From positions 1-5,715 of IMG/VR virus record IMGVR_UViG_3300029179_000177: a stretch of DNA of 5,715 nt; one strand, 5' to 3'. Below are positions 1 to 4,883 of the stretch, piece by piece (position 1 is the first letter of the stretch; the number at the start of each line of letters is the position of its first letter). This DNA comes from a virus. A program made the translations under genes and the position numbers. The notes under the pieces were generated by a model. The model was not told the DNA's origin. It ran no database searches and saw nothing but the letters and a program-made list of their open reading frames with translations.

Positions 1-113
1 TTTCCTTTATAAGGCTTCCGTGGTAGGTTGGTATTTCTGTCTTTACGAATCTGTCGTGGTCGTATACTGCGTCCAGCCAGTCATCGTATGATCCTCCACT
101 GACCATTATTCTT
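1..113. repeat. Terminal direct repeat, copy 1. It is the assembly overlap of a circular genome and is identical to 5603-5715.
   Basis: Reading both ends base by base, 'tttcctttataaggcttccgtggtaggttggtatttctgtctttacgaatctgtcgtggtcgtatactgcgtccagccagtcatcgtatgatcctccactgaccattattctt' occurs at 1-113 and again at 5603-5715 with no mismatch that I can see. The offset is 5,602 nt. Confidence 0.97.
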
Positions 114-1351
114 GCCATTACTTGGTATATTTTGTTGGCTAGATATAGTTGATCTATTTGGAATGATCCTCCTGCTGTACTTACTTTTGATATTTCGTTT
201 AATCCCGTCATCCCGTCTACCCATTCTGTTGATAACCAGTTGTTGAATAGGTCGCTTTGGTATGTCTTTAGTGCTAGTCCTTCCTGTGTCTGTATTAGTG
301 GATTGTAGTCAGGGTCTGCTGTTATCGGGCATGTATATGCGTACGGGTCTAATTCCCAGTCATTGATATTTACAGCTGTAGGTGATGATGCACCAAGTAT
401 GTTATCCCTCATTTGGTCTATTTGACTAAGTTGGAATGTTGTTACTTTAGGTGTTACTACTCCTACGTTAGATGGCTCGATGTAGTTCCAGTATCTTCCT
501 GTCATGTTGCCGTATCTAGCGAAGTCGTATTCAGCTCTTAGTTGTCCGGGTGCTTGTAAGTCGTATGGCCCTGATGCTAGGTCTGCCATTGATATTGTTA
601 CCGCATTTGGTACGAATATCGTTACCATTATTGTTGCTGGGTCTGGTTGTGTTCCTGCGAAGTCTATTCCCAGTGCATCTCCGTTTCTGAAATTTACTGC
701 AGCTGATGTTGGCGCCTGTGGTAAGCTTGTTGCATTAACTAGTATGTCTGTTACTGTTGTGAATATATCGGGTTTTGGTGAGTGTATTACTGCCCCGATT
801 TCTTCTTGTTTATTTGCGTAGAAGTTTTTGTAGATGTCCCAGTAAGCTAAGTATGGTATTGCGTTGAATTGTCTTGCTACTGGTATACTAAGTGTATTAT
901 ACGCTACTCCTCTTACTCCGAGGTATGCCCATATACATGATGGGTTTACTTGTGCGTTGTCTAGGTCTATTGTGTCTTGATTTACTGTGTGTCCGTACAG
1001 GGTTGCCATTGGCATTTTTACTGCTCCCATGTTACGTCCTACGTTTAACGCGTTATTGTGTAAGCTTCTGTGGTATAGTCTTATATCTGCTTTAAACACA
1101 TCCAATTGCAGTTTGTATGAGCCGAATAGAGGCCCTAATGTTGGATGTGTGTTTATGAAAGCTTCAAGGTCTATGTCGAACGTGTCTCCGGGTAGGCATA
1201 ATTCTACTATGAATGGTACTAGTGTTCCCGGTGCCATTGTTGATCTCCACGGGTACCCTAAGTCGTGAGTACTTCTTTCGTAGCCGTGTAGTTCTATTTT
1301 CATTTTGTTTCCGCTACCTAAGCGGTCTCCGCCAAGTGTTTTCTTAACCAT
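1..1351 (-). CDS. VP1: Major capsid protein (Microviridae VP1 / F-like), 5' part. The full gene is join(1351..1, 5602..4974) on the circular genome and encodes 659 aa.
   Basis: Hand translation of the minus strand from ATG 1351..1349 gives MVKKTLGGDRLGSGNKMKIELHGYERSTHDLGYPWRSTMAPGTLVPFIVELCLPGDTFDIDLEAFINTHPTLGPLFGSYKLQLDVFKADIRLYHRSLHNN... I met no stop down to position 1. The segment RSTHDL..RSTMAPGTLVP....LPGDTF is the characteristic N-terminal signature of microvirus capsid proteins. The frame matches the track ORF 4974..5708: its M at 5708 equals position 106, and 1351-106 = 1245 = 3 x 415. 1351 is the first ATG after an in-frame stop near 1415-1417. An internal ATG at 1303 (MKIELHGY...) is an alternative start. 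Confidence 0.95.
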   Translation of the reverse strand, partial: MVKKTLGGDRLGSGNKMKIELHGYERSTHDLGYPWRSTMAPGTLVPFIVELCLPGDTFDIDLEAFINTHPTLGPLFGSYKLQLDVFKADIRLYHRSLHNNALNVGRNMGAVKMPMATLYGHTVNQDTIDLDNAQVNPSCIWAYLGVRGVAYNTLSIPVARQFNAIPYLAYWDIYKNFYANKQEEIGAVIHSPKPDIFTTVTDILVNATSLPQAPTSAAVNFRNGDALGIDFAGTQPDPATIMVTIFVPNAVTISMADLASGPYDLQAPGQLRAEYDFARYGNMTGRYWNYIEPSNVGVVTPKVTTFQLSQIDQMRDNILGASSPTAVNINDWELDPYAYTCPITADPDYNPLIQTQEGLALKTYQSDLFNNWLSTEWVDGMTGLNEISKVSTAGGSFQIDQLYLANKIYQVMARIMVSGGSYDDWLDAVYDHDRFVKTEIPTYHGSLIKE

Positions 1352-1799
1352 TTGTTTTTGGGTTTTTAGTGTTAGTGTAATATTGATTGTATTCGTCTTT
1401 GGTGAATGGTTCTTTCACTTCTTTTTCTTGTTCTTTTTTTGCTTTTGCTAATATTGTTTCGCGGATGTTCATTACTATATTGATTACTGTTACCATTAGT
1501 TCCCACGGTTTGCTTCTGACGTAATCTTCTACTTCTTGAATTGTTTCTTTAGGTTCAGTTAGTATATAGTTGCTCATGGTTGCTACGTAACCGTTATTTT
1601 TATTTCCTTTTACGTGGAATGGTGTTCCTTCTACGTATTGCCATGTTTCTCTATCTTCTAATTCTGGTTCAGTATCTTGATTTTTTACTGCGTCCAACCA
1701 GTCTTCATATATTCCATTTTGTTCTTCAGAAGAGTTTTTGCTGAAGTGTTCTTCTGCATTGGTTGGTGATTGTGCATCTGATGGTATGTGTTTTTTCAT
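1344..1799 (-). CDS. Hypothetical acidic protein, 151 aa, immediately upstream of the capsid gene and overlapping it. Function unknown.
   Basis: Track ORF on the coding strand, rich in E/D (EEHFSKNSSEEQNGIYEDWLDAVKNQDTEPELEDRETW...). 1799 is the first ATG after an in-frame TAA at 1826..1824. The 3' end overlaps the VP1 start by 8 nt (minus strand ATGGTTAA, 1351..1344), a typical compact phage junction. I recognise no family. Confidence 0.75.
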   Translation of the reverse strand: MKKHIPSDAQSPTNAEEHFSKNSSEEQNGIYEDWLDAVKNQDTEPELEDRETWQYVEGTPFHVKGNKNNGYVATMSNYILTEPKETIQEVEDYVRSKPWELMVTVINIVMNIRETILAKAKKEQEKEVKEPFTKDEYNQYYTNTKNPKTNG

Positions 1800-1911
1800 G
1801 TTTGTATTCTTTAGTTTTTTTGATTACTTTATATTCTGATTTTGCTAAGTATGGTGATATTATTTCACCTGTGTCAAGGTTCACGTATATGCATGTTGTT
1901 TTGTATTTCAT
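1726..1911 (-). CDS. Hypothetical 61-aa ORF. It is the internal Met-29 start of the 89-aa track ORF and is coupled to the upstream 53-aa ORF.
   Basis: Sequence: MKYKTTCIYVNLDTGEIISPYLAKSEYKVIKKTKEYKHEKTHTIRCTITNQCRRTLQQKLF. Its ATG (1911..1909) overlaps the TGA stop (1910..1908) of the 53-aa ORF, giving ATGA on the minus strand. The last 74 nt overlap the 151-aa ORF in another frame, which weakens the call. Confidence 0.3.
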   Translation of the reverse strand: MKYKTTCIYVNLDTGEIISPYLAKSEYKVIKKTKEYKHEKTHTIRCTITNQCRRTLQQKLF

Positions 1912-2069
1912 TTTAATCTGACTTTTACGAATTTGTATGCTTCTGATAAGTTTGTTGATGTTACAACGTGTAGGTTGTATTCGTTTATTATGCACCAGAA
2001 TCCTTTGATTCCTCTTATGGCTTTCCAGCCATGTTTTTCTAATCTTTTGATGATTTGTTGATTTGTCAT
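1908..2069 (-). CDS. Hypothetical 53-aa protein, below the track's size cutoff. Possibly a small alpha-beta-beta-beta-alpha (dsRBD/HicA-like) fold.
   Basis: Hand translation from ATG 2069..2067 gives MTNQQIIKRLEKHGWKAIRGIKGFWCIINEYNLHVVTSTNLSEAYKFVKVRLK, with stop TGA at 1910..1908. It is the first ORF after the non-coding region, on the coding strand, and its composition is balanced. By contrast, the competing frame (first 28 aa of the 89-aa track ORF, MHNKRIQPTRCNINKLIRSIQIRKSQIK) looks like off-frame junk. Confidence 0.45.
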   Translation of the reverse strand: MTNQQIIKRLEKHGWKAIRGIKGFWCIINEYNLHVVTSTNLSEAYKFVKVRLK

Positions 2070-2156
2070 TGCTAGATGAGTTTAATTATTATGCAATATA
2101 TTTTATTATTTTTATTCTTCCTAATTTATTTTTATATTGCTATTACTCATTATGTT
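2070..2156 (-). promoter_or_regulatory. AT-rich non-coding tract upstream of the 53-aa ORF. It may be a promoter or a DNA-unwinding region.
   Basis: About 87 nt that I read as non-coding, almost devoid of G/C. The decamer 'ttatttttat' occurs twice 20 nt apart (2106-2115 and 2126-2135), so the A/T tracts are phased. On the minus strand, TTAACA (2158..2153), a 16-nt spacer and TATAAA (2136..2131) resemble a sigma70 -35/-10 pair. Such matches are common in AT-rich DNA. I found no Bacteroidetes-type TAnnTTTG motif. Confidence 0.3.
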
Positions 2157-2196
2157 AACTGGAGTGGCGGTTCCTCCGCCACGGCTCGTACCAGTT
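2157..2196. other. Nested GC-rich stem-loop in the Rep-to-ORFan intergenic region.
   Basis: Outer stem: aactgg (2157-2162) pairs with ccagtt (2191-2196). Inner perfect 7-bp stem: gtggcgg (2164-2170) pairs with ccgccac (2176-2182), with a 5-nt loop ttcct. An asymmetric internal loop (a / ggctcgta) separates the two stems. It lies in non-coding DNA of an otherwise AT-rich genome. Confidence 0.7.
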
Positions 2197-2212
2197 CATA
2201 TATAACCTTTTT

Positions 2213-2260
2213 CCTGCCTCCCCGGCGAGGGGCGGGGGTACGGGGGCGGAGCCCTCCGTG
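2213..2260. other. G-tract / C-tract block with a mirror repeat, directly downstream of the Rep stop.
   Basis: Plus-strand sequence: cctgcctccccggcgaggggcgggggtacgggggcggagccctccgtg. 'ggcggggg' (2231-2238) and 'gggggcgg' (2242-2249) are mirror images around 'tac'. Local hairpins are cccc(2220-2223)/gggg(2229-2232) and cggag(2247-2251)/ctccg(2254-2258). 'ggcggag' (2245-2251) is the exact complement of 'ctccgcc' (2174-2180) in the neighbouring hairpin. GGCGG/CCGCC occurs four times within about 90 nt. Confidence 0.55.
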
Positions 2261-2269
2261 ATACCCTTA

Positions 2270-3256
2270 TTAGAATTGATTTGTGGCTTCAATTCTTTTA
2301 TTATACAGTAGGATTCGTTGCTCTGTTTCGTATTGTATTTTATCCCAGTCTTTATCGCTGGTTCCATATCCCAATTCTTTGTTTCTTATTCTGTGCCACC
2401 TTATTAGGTTGTAATAGTCGTCTTTGTTTTTTGAGTATTCTTTTATGTGTTCACCACATACCCATCTTTCGTCTTTGTCTAGTCGTTGTAGCCATAGTTT
2501 TTCTCGTTCTTCGTCTGAGTATATTTTGTTTCTGTAGTATATCGGTAGGCTCGATTTGTGTCCGGTTGGTAGTCTGTATGCTTCGTTTGTTTTATTTCCG
2601 TTGTATTTGTTTAGTTGTGATTGGTATTTGTTTAGGTAGTTAGCCCCTATTCCGGGGCTGCATAGTATTCTACTTTTATAATTTGGATGGTCTAAGTCTT
2701 GTTTGCTTATGTATTTTATTAGGTAGTTAACTGTTCTTTCGTTCACGTAGGTCTTTATAGTACTTGACGGTTTTGGCCAGATATATCCGTATTGCCATAT
2801 GTTTGCAATCGTTCCATATTGCTCGTCTGTCCAAAGTATACCATGTAAGTGTATATTTTCCGTTCCGTTGTGTCCTAGTTCTGTAACGAACCATCGTCTC
2901 GGTGCTTTTTTGAATCGTTTCCTCCATCTTTCTCGAAATAGTCTCATAGCTGTTGTTGCTATTGCGTTGTCTAGTGTGTAGCCTTTGAGGTTTTGTAATT
3001 TTTCTTGTTCGCATAGCTGTTTTATTGATTCATTGCTGAATGTTAGTGTAATGAAATTTCCGTTTCTTTTTTCGCTTACTTCTTCGGTTAGTCTTATTTG
3101 CCACTCTCTTTTTTTTTGCTTTCTGCATTCTATGCAGTTTCCGCATCCTATTGGTATTGCTAGTACTCTTTGATCATGAACGACGGGTATAACCCCGTCG
3201 TTTTTTTTGGTTGCGGTGTATTTTTTGTTTCTTATTAATTGTGGGTATAAGCACAT
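2270..3256 (-). CDS. VP4: Rolling-circle replication initiation protein (Microviridae VP4 / phiX174 gpA-like HUH endonuclease), 328 aa.
   Basis: The track ORF carries the three superfamily-I RCR motifs. Motif 1 is FITLTF (aa 68-73). The HUH motif is IHLHGILW, with H-L-H encoded at 2851..2843 (I checked this: CAC TTA CAT). The double-tyrosine motif is NYLIKYISK, with Y-L-I-K-Y at 2725..2711 (checked: TAC CTA ATA AAA TAC). It also has the typical MCLYP...N-terminus and a CGNCIEC cysteine cluster. The ATG at 3256 lies 1 nt after the VP2 stop (minus strand TAA A ATG). Confidence 0.95.
   Translation of the reverse strand: MCLYPQLIRNKKYTATKKNDGVIPVVHDQRVLAIPIGCGNCIECRKQKKREWQIRLTEEVSEKRNGNFITLTFSNESIKQLCEQEKLQNLKGYTLDNAIATTAMRLFRERWRKRFKKAPRRWFVTELGHNGTENIHLHGILWTDEQYGTIANIWQYGYIWPKPSSTIKTYVNERTVNYLIKYISKQDLDHPNYKSRILCSPGIGANYLNKYQSQLNKYNGNKTNEAYRLPTGHKSSLPIYYRNKIYSDEEREKLWLQRLDKDERWVCGEHIKEYSKNKDDYYNLIRWHRIRNKELGYGTSDKDWDKIQYETEQRILLYNKRIEATNQF
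3181..3208 (+). terminator. Intrinsic-terminator-like hairpin plus T8, oriented antisense to the genes and embedded in the 5' end of the Rep gene.
   Basis: cgacggg (3181-3187) pairs perfectly with cccgtcg (3194-3200) around the loop tataac, followed immediately by tttttttt (3201-3208). On the coding strand the A8 precedes the stem and no U-run follows, so it is terminator-like only for plus-strand (antisense) transcription. The segment also encodes Rep residues KKNDGVIPVV. Confidence 0.3.
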
Positions 3257-3257
3257 T

Positions 3258-4154
3258 TTATTTCGTTAGTTCTACGAATAGTCTACCCAGTATTTTTAGC
3301 CAGGTTGGGCTTTTGCTGTCTATACCTGTTTGTGTTTGTAATTTTGTTTCTAGTTCTTTGATAACGTTGTCTAGTGATGCTCCTTTAAGGTTTTGTTCTA
3401 GTATGTCGAACGTTTTTTGTATGTTTTTTGTTTCTGCTCTTGTTTTTGCATTTTGAAGGGTTATTGTTTCTATTTCTGCTAGTGATTTACCGTATAGTTT
3501 TCCGTTGTCCCAGAGTTCTCGCAGTGTTTGTGCTACTCCTTCACGAGCTGCTAATTCATTTTCATATGTTCTTCCTTCTGCTTCTCTATTAGGTGCTTTG
3601 ATTTGTTCGTATTGGTCTTTTGTTTCTCTGCCAGTGTAGTCTTTGATTATTTGATCTGCTATTTTGTTTGCTGTGTCTGCTTTGATGTTTTCGGTTTGTG
3701 GCCCGCCTTTTAATGTTGCGTCTGTTTCTTTGAGTTTTGTGTCTGCCTCTATGTTGTCTTTTTGTGCTTTTAGCAATTGTAGTTGCATTGCCATTCCTAA
3801 TGATTGTTGTATTTCACCCGGGTTTTGATTTGCGGTTCCTCCTGATACGTTTCCTGATGGTGAACCTGTTGTGGTTCCTCCTCCTCCGCTCATTCCGTAC
3901 ATTAGTGCAGGGTTTATTCCTGCTTGTTTCATCATTTCTAGCTGTGCCGGGTAACTTGTTGCCTTCCACATTTGCAGTTGTTTCTGCATGCTGTAGTCCA
4001 TCATCTGCCTCTGTCCTTGTATTTGTATATCTTGAAGCCTTTGTTGCTGTTTTACTTGTCTTTTATCGTTGTAGTTTCCCAGTGCTATTCCCATGCCTGC
4101 CCCTATTACTCCGCTTGCTGCTTGCATTCCGAGTGTTCCTATATCGAATCCCAT
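3258..4154 (-). CDS. VP2: DNA pilot / minor capsid protein (Microviridae VP2, functional analogue of phiX174 H), 298 aa.
   Basis: The track ORF has a Gly/Ala-rich hydrophobic N-terminus (MGFDIGTLGMQAASGVIGAGMGIALG). This is followed by a Q-rich segment, the conserved ...YPAQLEMMKQAGINPALMYGMSGGGG... block typical of microvirus VP2 proteins, and a long charged, probably coiled-coil C-terminal half. It sits directly upstream of Rep. Confidence 0.9.
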   Translation of the reverse strand: MGFDIGTLGMQAASGVIGAGMGIALGNYNDKRQVKQQQRLQDIQIQGQRQMMDYSMQKQLQMWKATSYPAQLEMMKQAGINPALMYGMSGGGGTTTGSPSGNVSGGTANQNPGEIQQSLGMAMQLQLLKAQKDNIEADTKLKETDATLKGGPQTENIKADTANKIADQIIKDYTGRETKDQYEQIKAPNREAEGRTYENELAAREGVAQTLRELWDNGKLYGKSLAEIETITLQNAKTRAETKNIQKTFDILEQNLKGASLDNVIKELETKLQTQTGIDSKSPTWLKILGRLFVELTK

Positions 4155-4175
4155 ATGTTTGTATTTTAAATTTAA

Positions 4176-4379
4176 TTAATGTGTAGATCTGTTTTGTAAT
4201 TTGTTTTCTTGCCTGTCGATGTGTATCATTCGTCTTGTAGACTTCATTAGACGTCTTTTAGTGTTTTTTGGGTAATTCCCATAGATTTCATTTCTTATCC
4301 ACCTCCTGAGCATCCTATTGCTTTTCAGGGCCATAGTTTCAAAGTATTCCATCCATAGTTGTAATTTGTTATTTATCAT
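4176..4379 (-). CDS. Hypothetical small, highly basic protein, 67 aa. Candidate DNA-binding/packaging protein.
   Basis: Track ORF on the coding strand: MINNKLQLWMEYFETMALKSNRMLRRWIRNEIYGNYPKNTKRRLMKSTRRMIHIDRQENKLQNRSTH. It is very rich in R/K. It fills the space between the 4380-4481 intergenic region and VP2, ending 21 nt before the VP2 ATG. I recognise no family. Confidence 0.55.
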   Translation of the reverse strand: MINNKLQLWMEYFETMALKSNRMLRRWIRNEIYGNYPKNTKRRLMKSTRRMIHIDRQENKLQNRSTH

Positions 4380-4385
4380 GTTTTC

Positions 4386-4450
4386 GCGCTTTTTTAAAAA
4401 GCGGTCACACCATAGTTCATAATATAGAACAGGCGCGTACCGCTTTTTTT
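4386..4450. promoter_or_regulatory. Palindrome / alternative stem-loop element in the 102-nt intergenic region 4380-4481.
   Basis: Local palindrome: cgcttttt (4387-4394), t, aaaaagcg (4396-4403). Long-range 10-bp stem: aaaaagcggt (4396-4405) pairs with accgcttttt (4439-4448), enclosing a 33-nt loop (4406-4438). The central A5GCG segment can pair with either CGCT5 copy, so the two structures are mutually exclusive. T/A runs flank the stems on both strands, so it could also act as a bidirectional terminator. Confidence 0.6.
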
Positions 4451-4481
4451 GATTATTTGTTAATAATTGATAGTTAAGTAG

Positions 4482-4838
4482 TTACTTTTGATCAGTGCCG
4501 GCTGTTGGCTCGGGTCCCCCGTTCTCTTGTTTTGGTTTGTTTAGGTCTTTGTTTTGATCTTCTAAGTTTTGTTCCATTCCTTTAATCCGTTCCTCTCTTT
4601 TTGCTAGATTGGATTTTGTTATGTAGTCCATTCCTTCCGCTGCTATTTCCCATCTGTCAGTTCTTATGTTGTATTCAGGTTGTACCCCGTCTTTTCGTTC
4701 TGTGTATATTCGTTGTGCTATTGAGTCTATCGGCTCGTTGTTGTTTGTTAGCCTACGTAGTTTTTCCTCCATTGTTTCAGCTACATATTGTTGATTGACC
4801 TGTAACGTTGTAGGTCTTGCTTGTTTGTATCTGTACAT
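4482..4838 (-). CDS. Hypothetical 118-aa charged protein. Tentatively an internal scaffolding (VP3-like) candidate.
   Basis: Track ORF on the coding strand with a protein-like sequence (…EPIDSIAQRIYTERKDGVQPEYNIRTDRWEIAAEGMDYITKSNLAKREERIK…) and a disordered charged C-terminal tail. It lies between the capsid and pilot genes, where small scaffold-type genes sit in related microviruses. The functional label rests on position and size only. Confidence 0.8.
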   Translation of the reverse strand: MYRYKQARPTTLQVNQQYVAETMEEKLRRLTNNNEPIDSIAQRIYTERKDGVQPEYNIRTDRWEIAAEGMDYITKSNLAKREERIKGMEQNLEDQNKDLNKPKQENGGPEPTAGTDQK

Positions 4839-4883
4839 TTTTTTGGTTTTGTGGGGTTTCCCTTTAGGTACTCCCCCGGTTAT

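Noticed and set aside
1-113. Terminal repeats as biological LTR, att sites or inverted repeats of a mobile element.
   Set aside because: The repeat is direct and perfect, and it sits in frame inside the capsid gene. Joining the ends restores a full-length VP1. This is the signature of a circular contig assembled with overlap. No integrase or transposase is present.
1912-1995. N-terminal 28 codons of the 89-aa track ORF (MHNKRIQPTRCNINKLIRSIQIRKSQIK).
   Set aside because: This stretch overlaps the better-looking 53-aa ORF in another frame and reads like off-frame basic junk. The internal Met at 1911 forms an ATGA coupling with the 53-aa ORF stop, so I prefer the shorter 61-aa version. That call is also low confidence.
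2224-2249. Canonical G-quadruplex in the G-tract block.
   Set aside because: Only three tracts have at least three Gs (2229-2232, 2234-2238, 2242-2246), and the fourth would be a GG. The G-rich strand is also the complement of the virion/coding strand. A non-canonical G4 or a virion-strand i-motif is possible, but I do not call one from sequence alone.
2155-2367. 70-aa minus-strand ORF spanning the Rep 3' end and the GC island, and a similar 71-aa ORF at 5188-5403 inside VP1.
   Set aside because: They are alternative-frame ORFs of unremarkable length. The first runs through the structured non-coding hairpins, which give its Pro/Gly/Ala-rich stretch. Neither has a motif or positional logic.
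2727-3014. 95-aa minus-strand ORF overprinted in the -1 frame of the Rep gene, tempting by analogy with phiX174 gene B inside gene A.
   Set aside because: The sequence is R/T/K/N-rich, typical of off-frame A-rich DNA. By my rough estimate, one alternative-frame ORF of this length is about what chance predicts for this genome. The frame is closed by a stop at 3032..3030, so it cannot be reached by slippage at the upstream A9 run. It would be worth revisiting only if conserved in relatives.
3109-3117. A9 homopolymer on the coding strand within Rep (CAA AAA AAA AGA), and A8 at 3201-3208, as programmed slippage sites.
   Set aside because: They are fully explained by Lys-rich coding (QKKR and KKN). 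I saw no extended alternative-frame ORF downstream. Their main relevance is as places where sequencing indels would break the Rep frame, and here the frame is intact.
4406-4438. CRESS-DNA-virus style nonanucleotide origin (NANTATTAC) in the hairpin loop.
   Set aside because: The best candidate, CTATATTAT, mismatches the consensus at two positions, including the terminal C. Microvirus gpA-type Reps use a different origin type. Only the looser phiX174-like resemblance is kept, as a finding.
4839-4883. G/C-rich patch (ggggtttccc...actcccccgg) between the mini-ORF and the 118-aa gene, as a hairpin or Shine-Dalgarno-like GGGGGAG.
   Set aside because: Only 3-4 bp stems can be drawn. The GGGGGAG lies about 30 nt (roughly 27-33) upstream of the ATG at 4838, too far for an SD. 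I could not support a defined structure.
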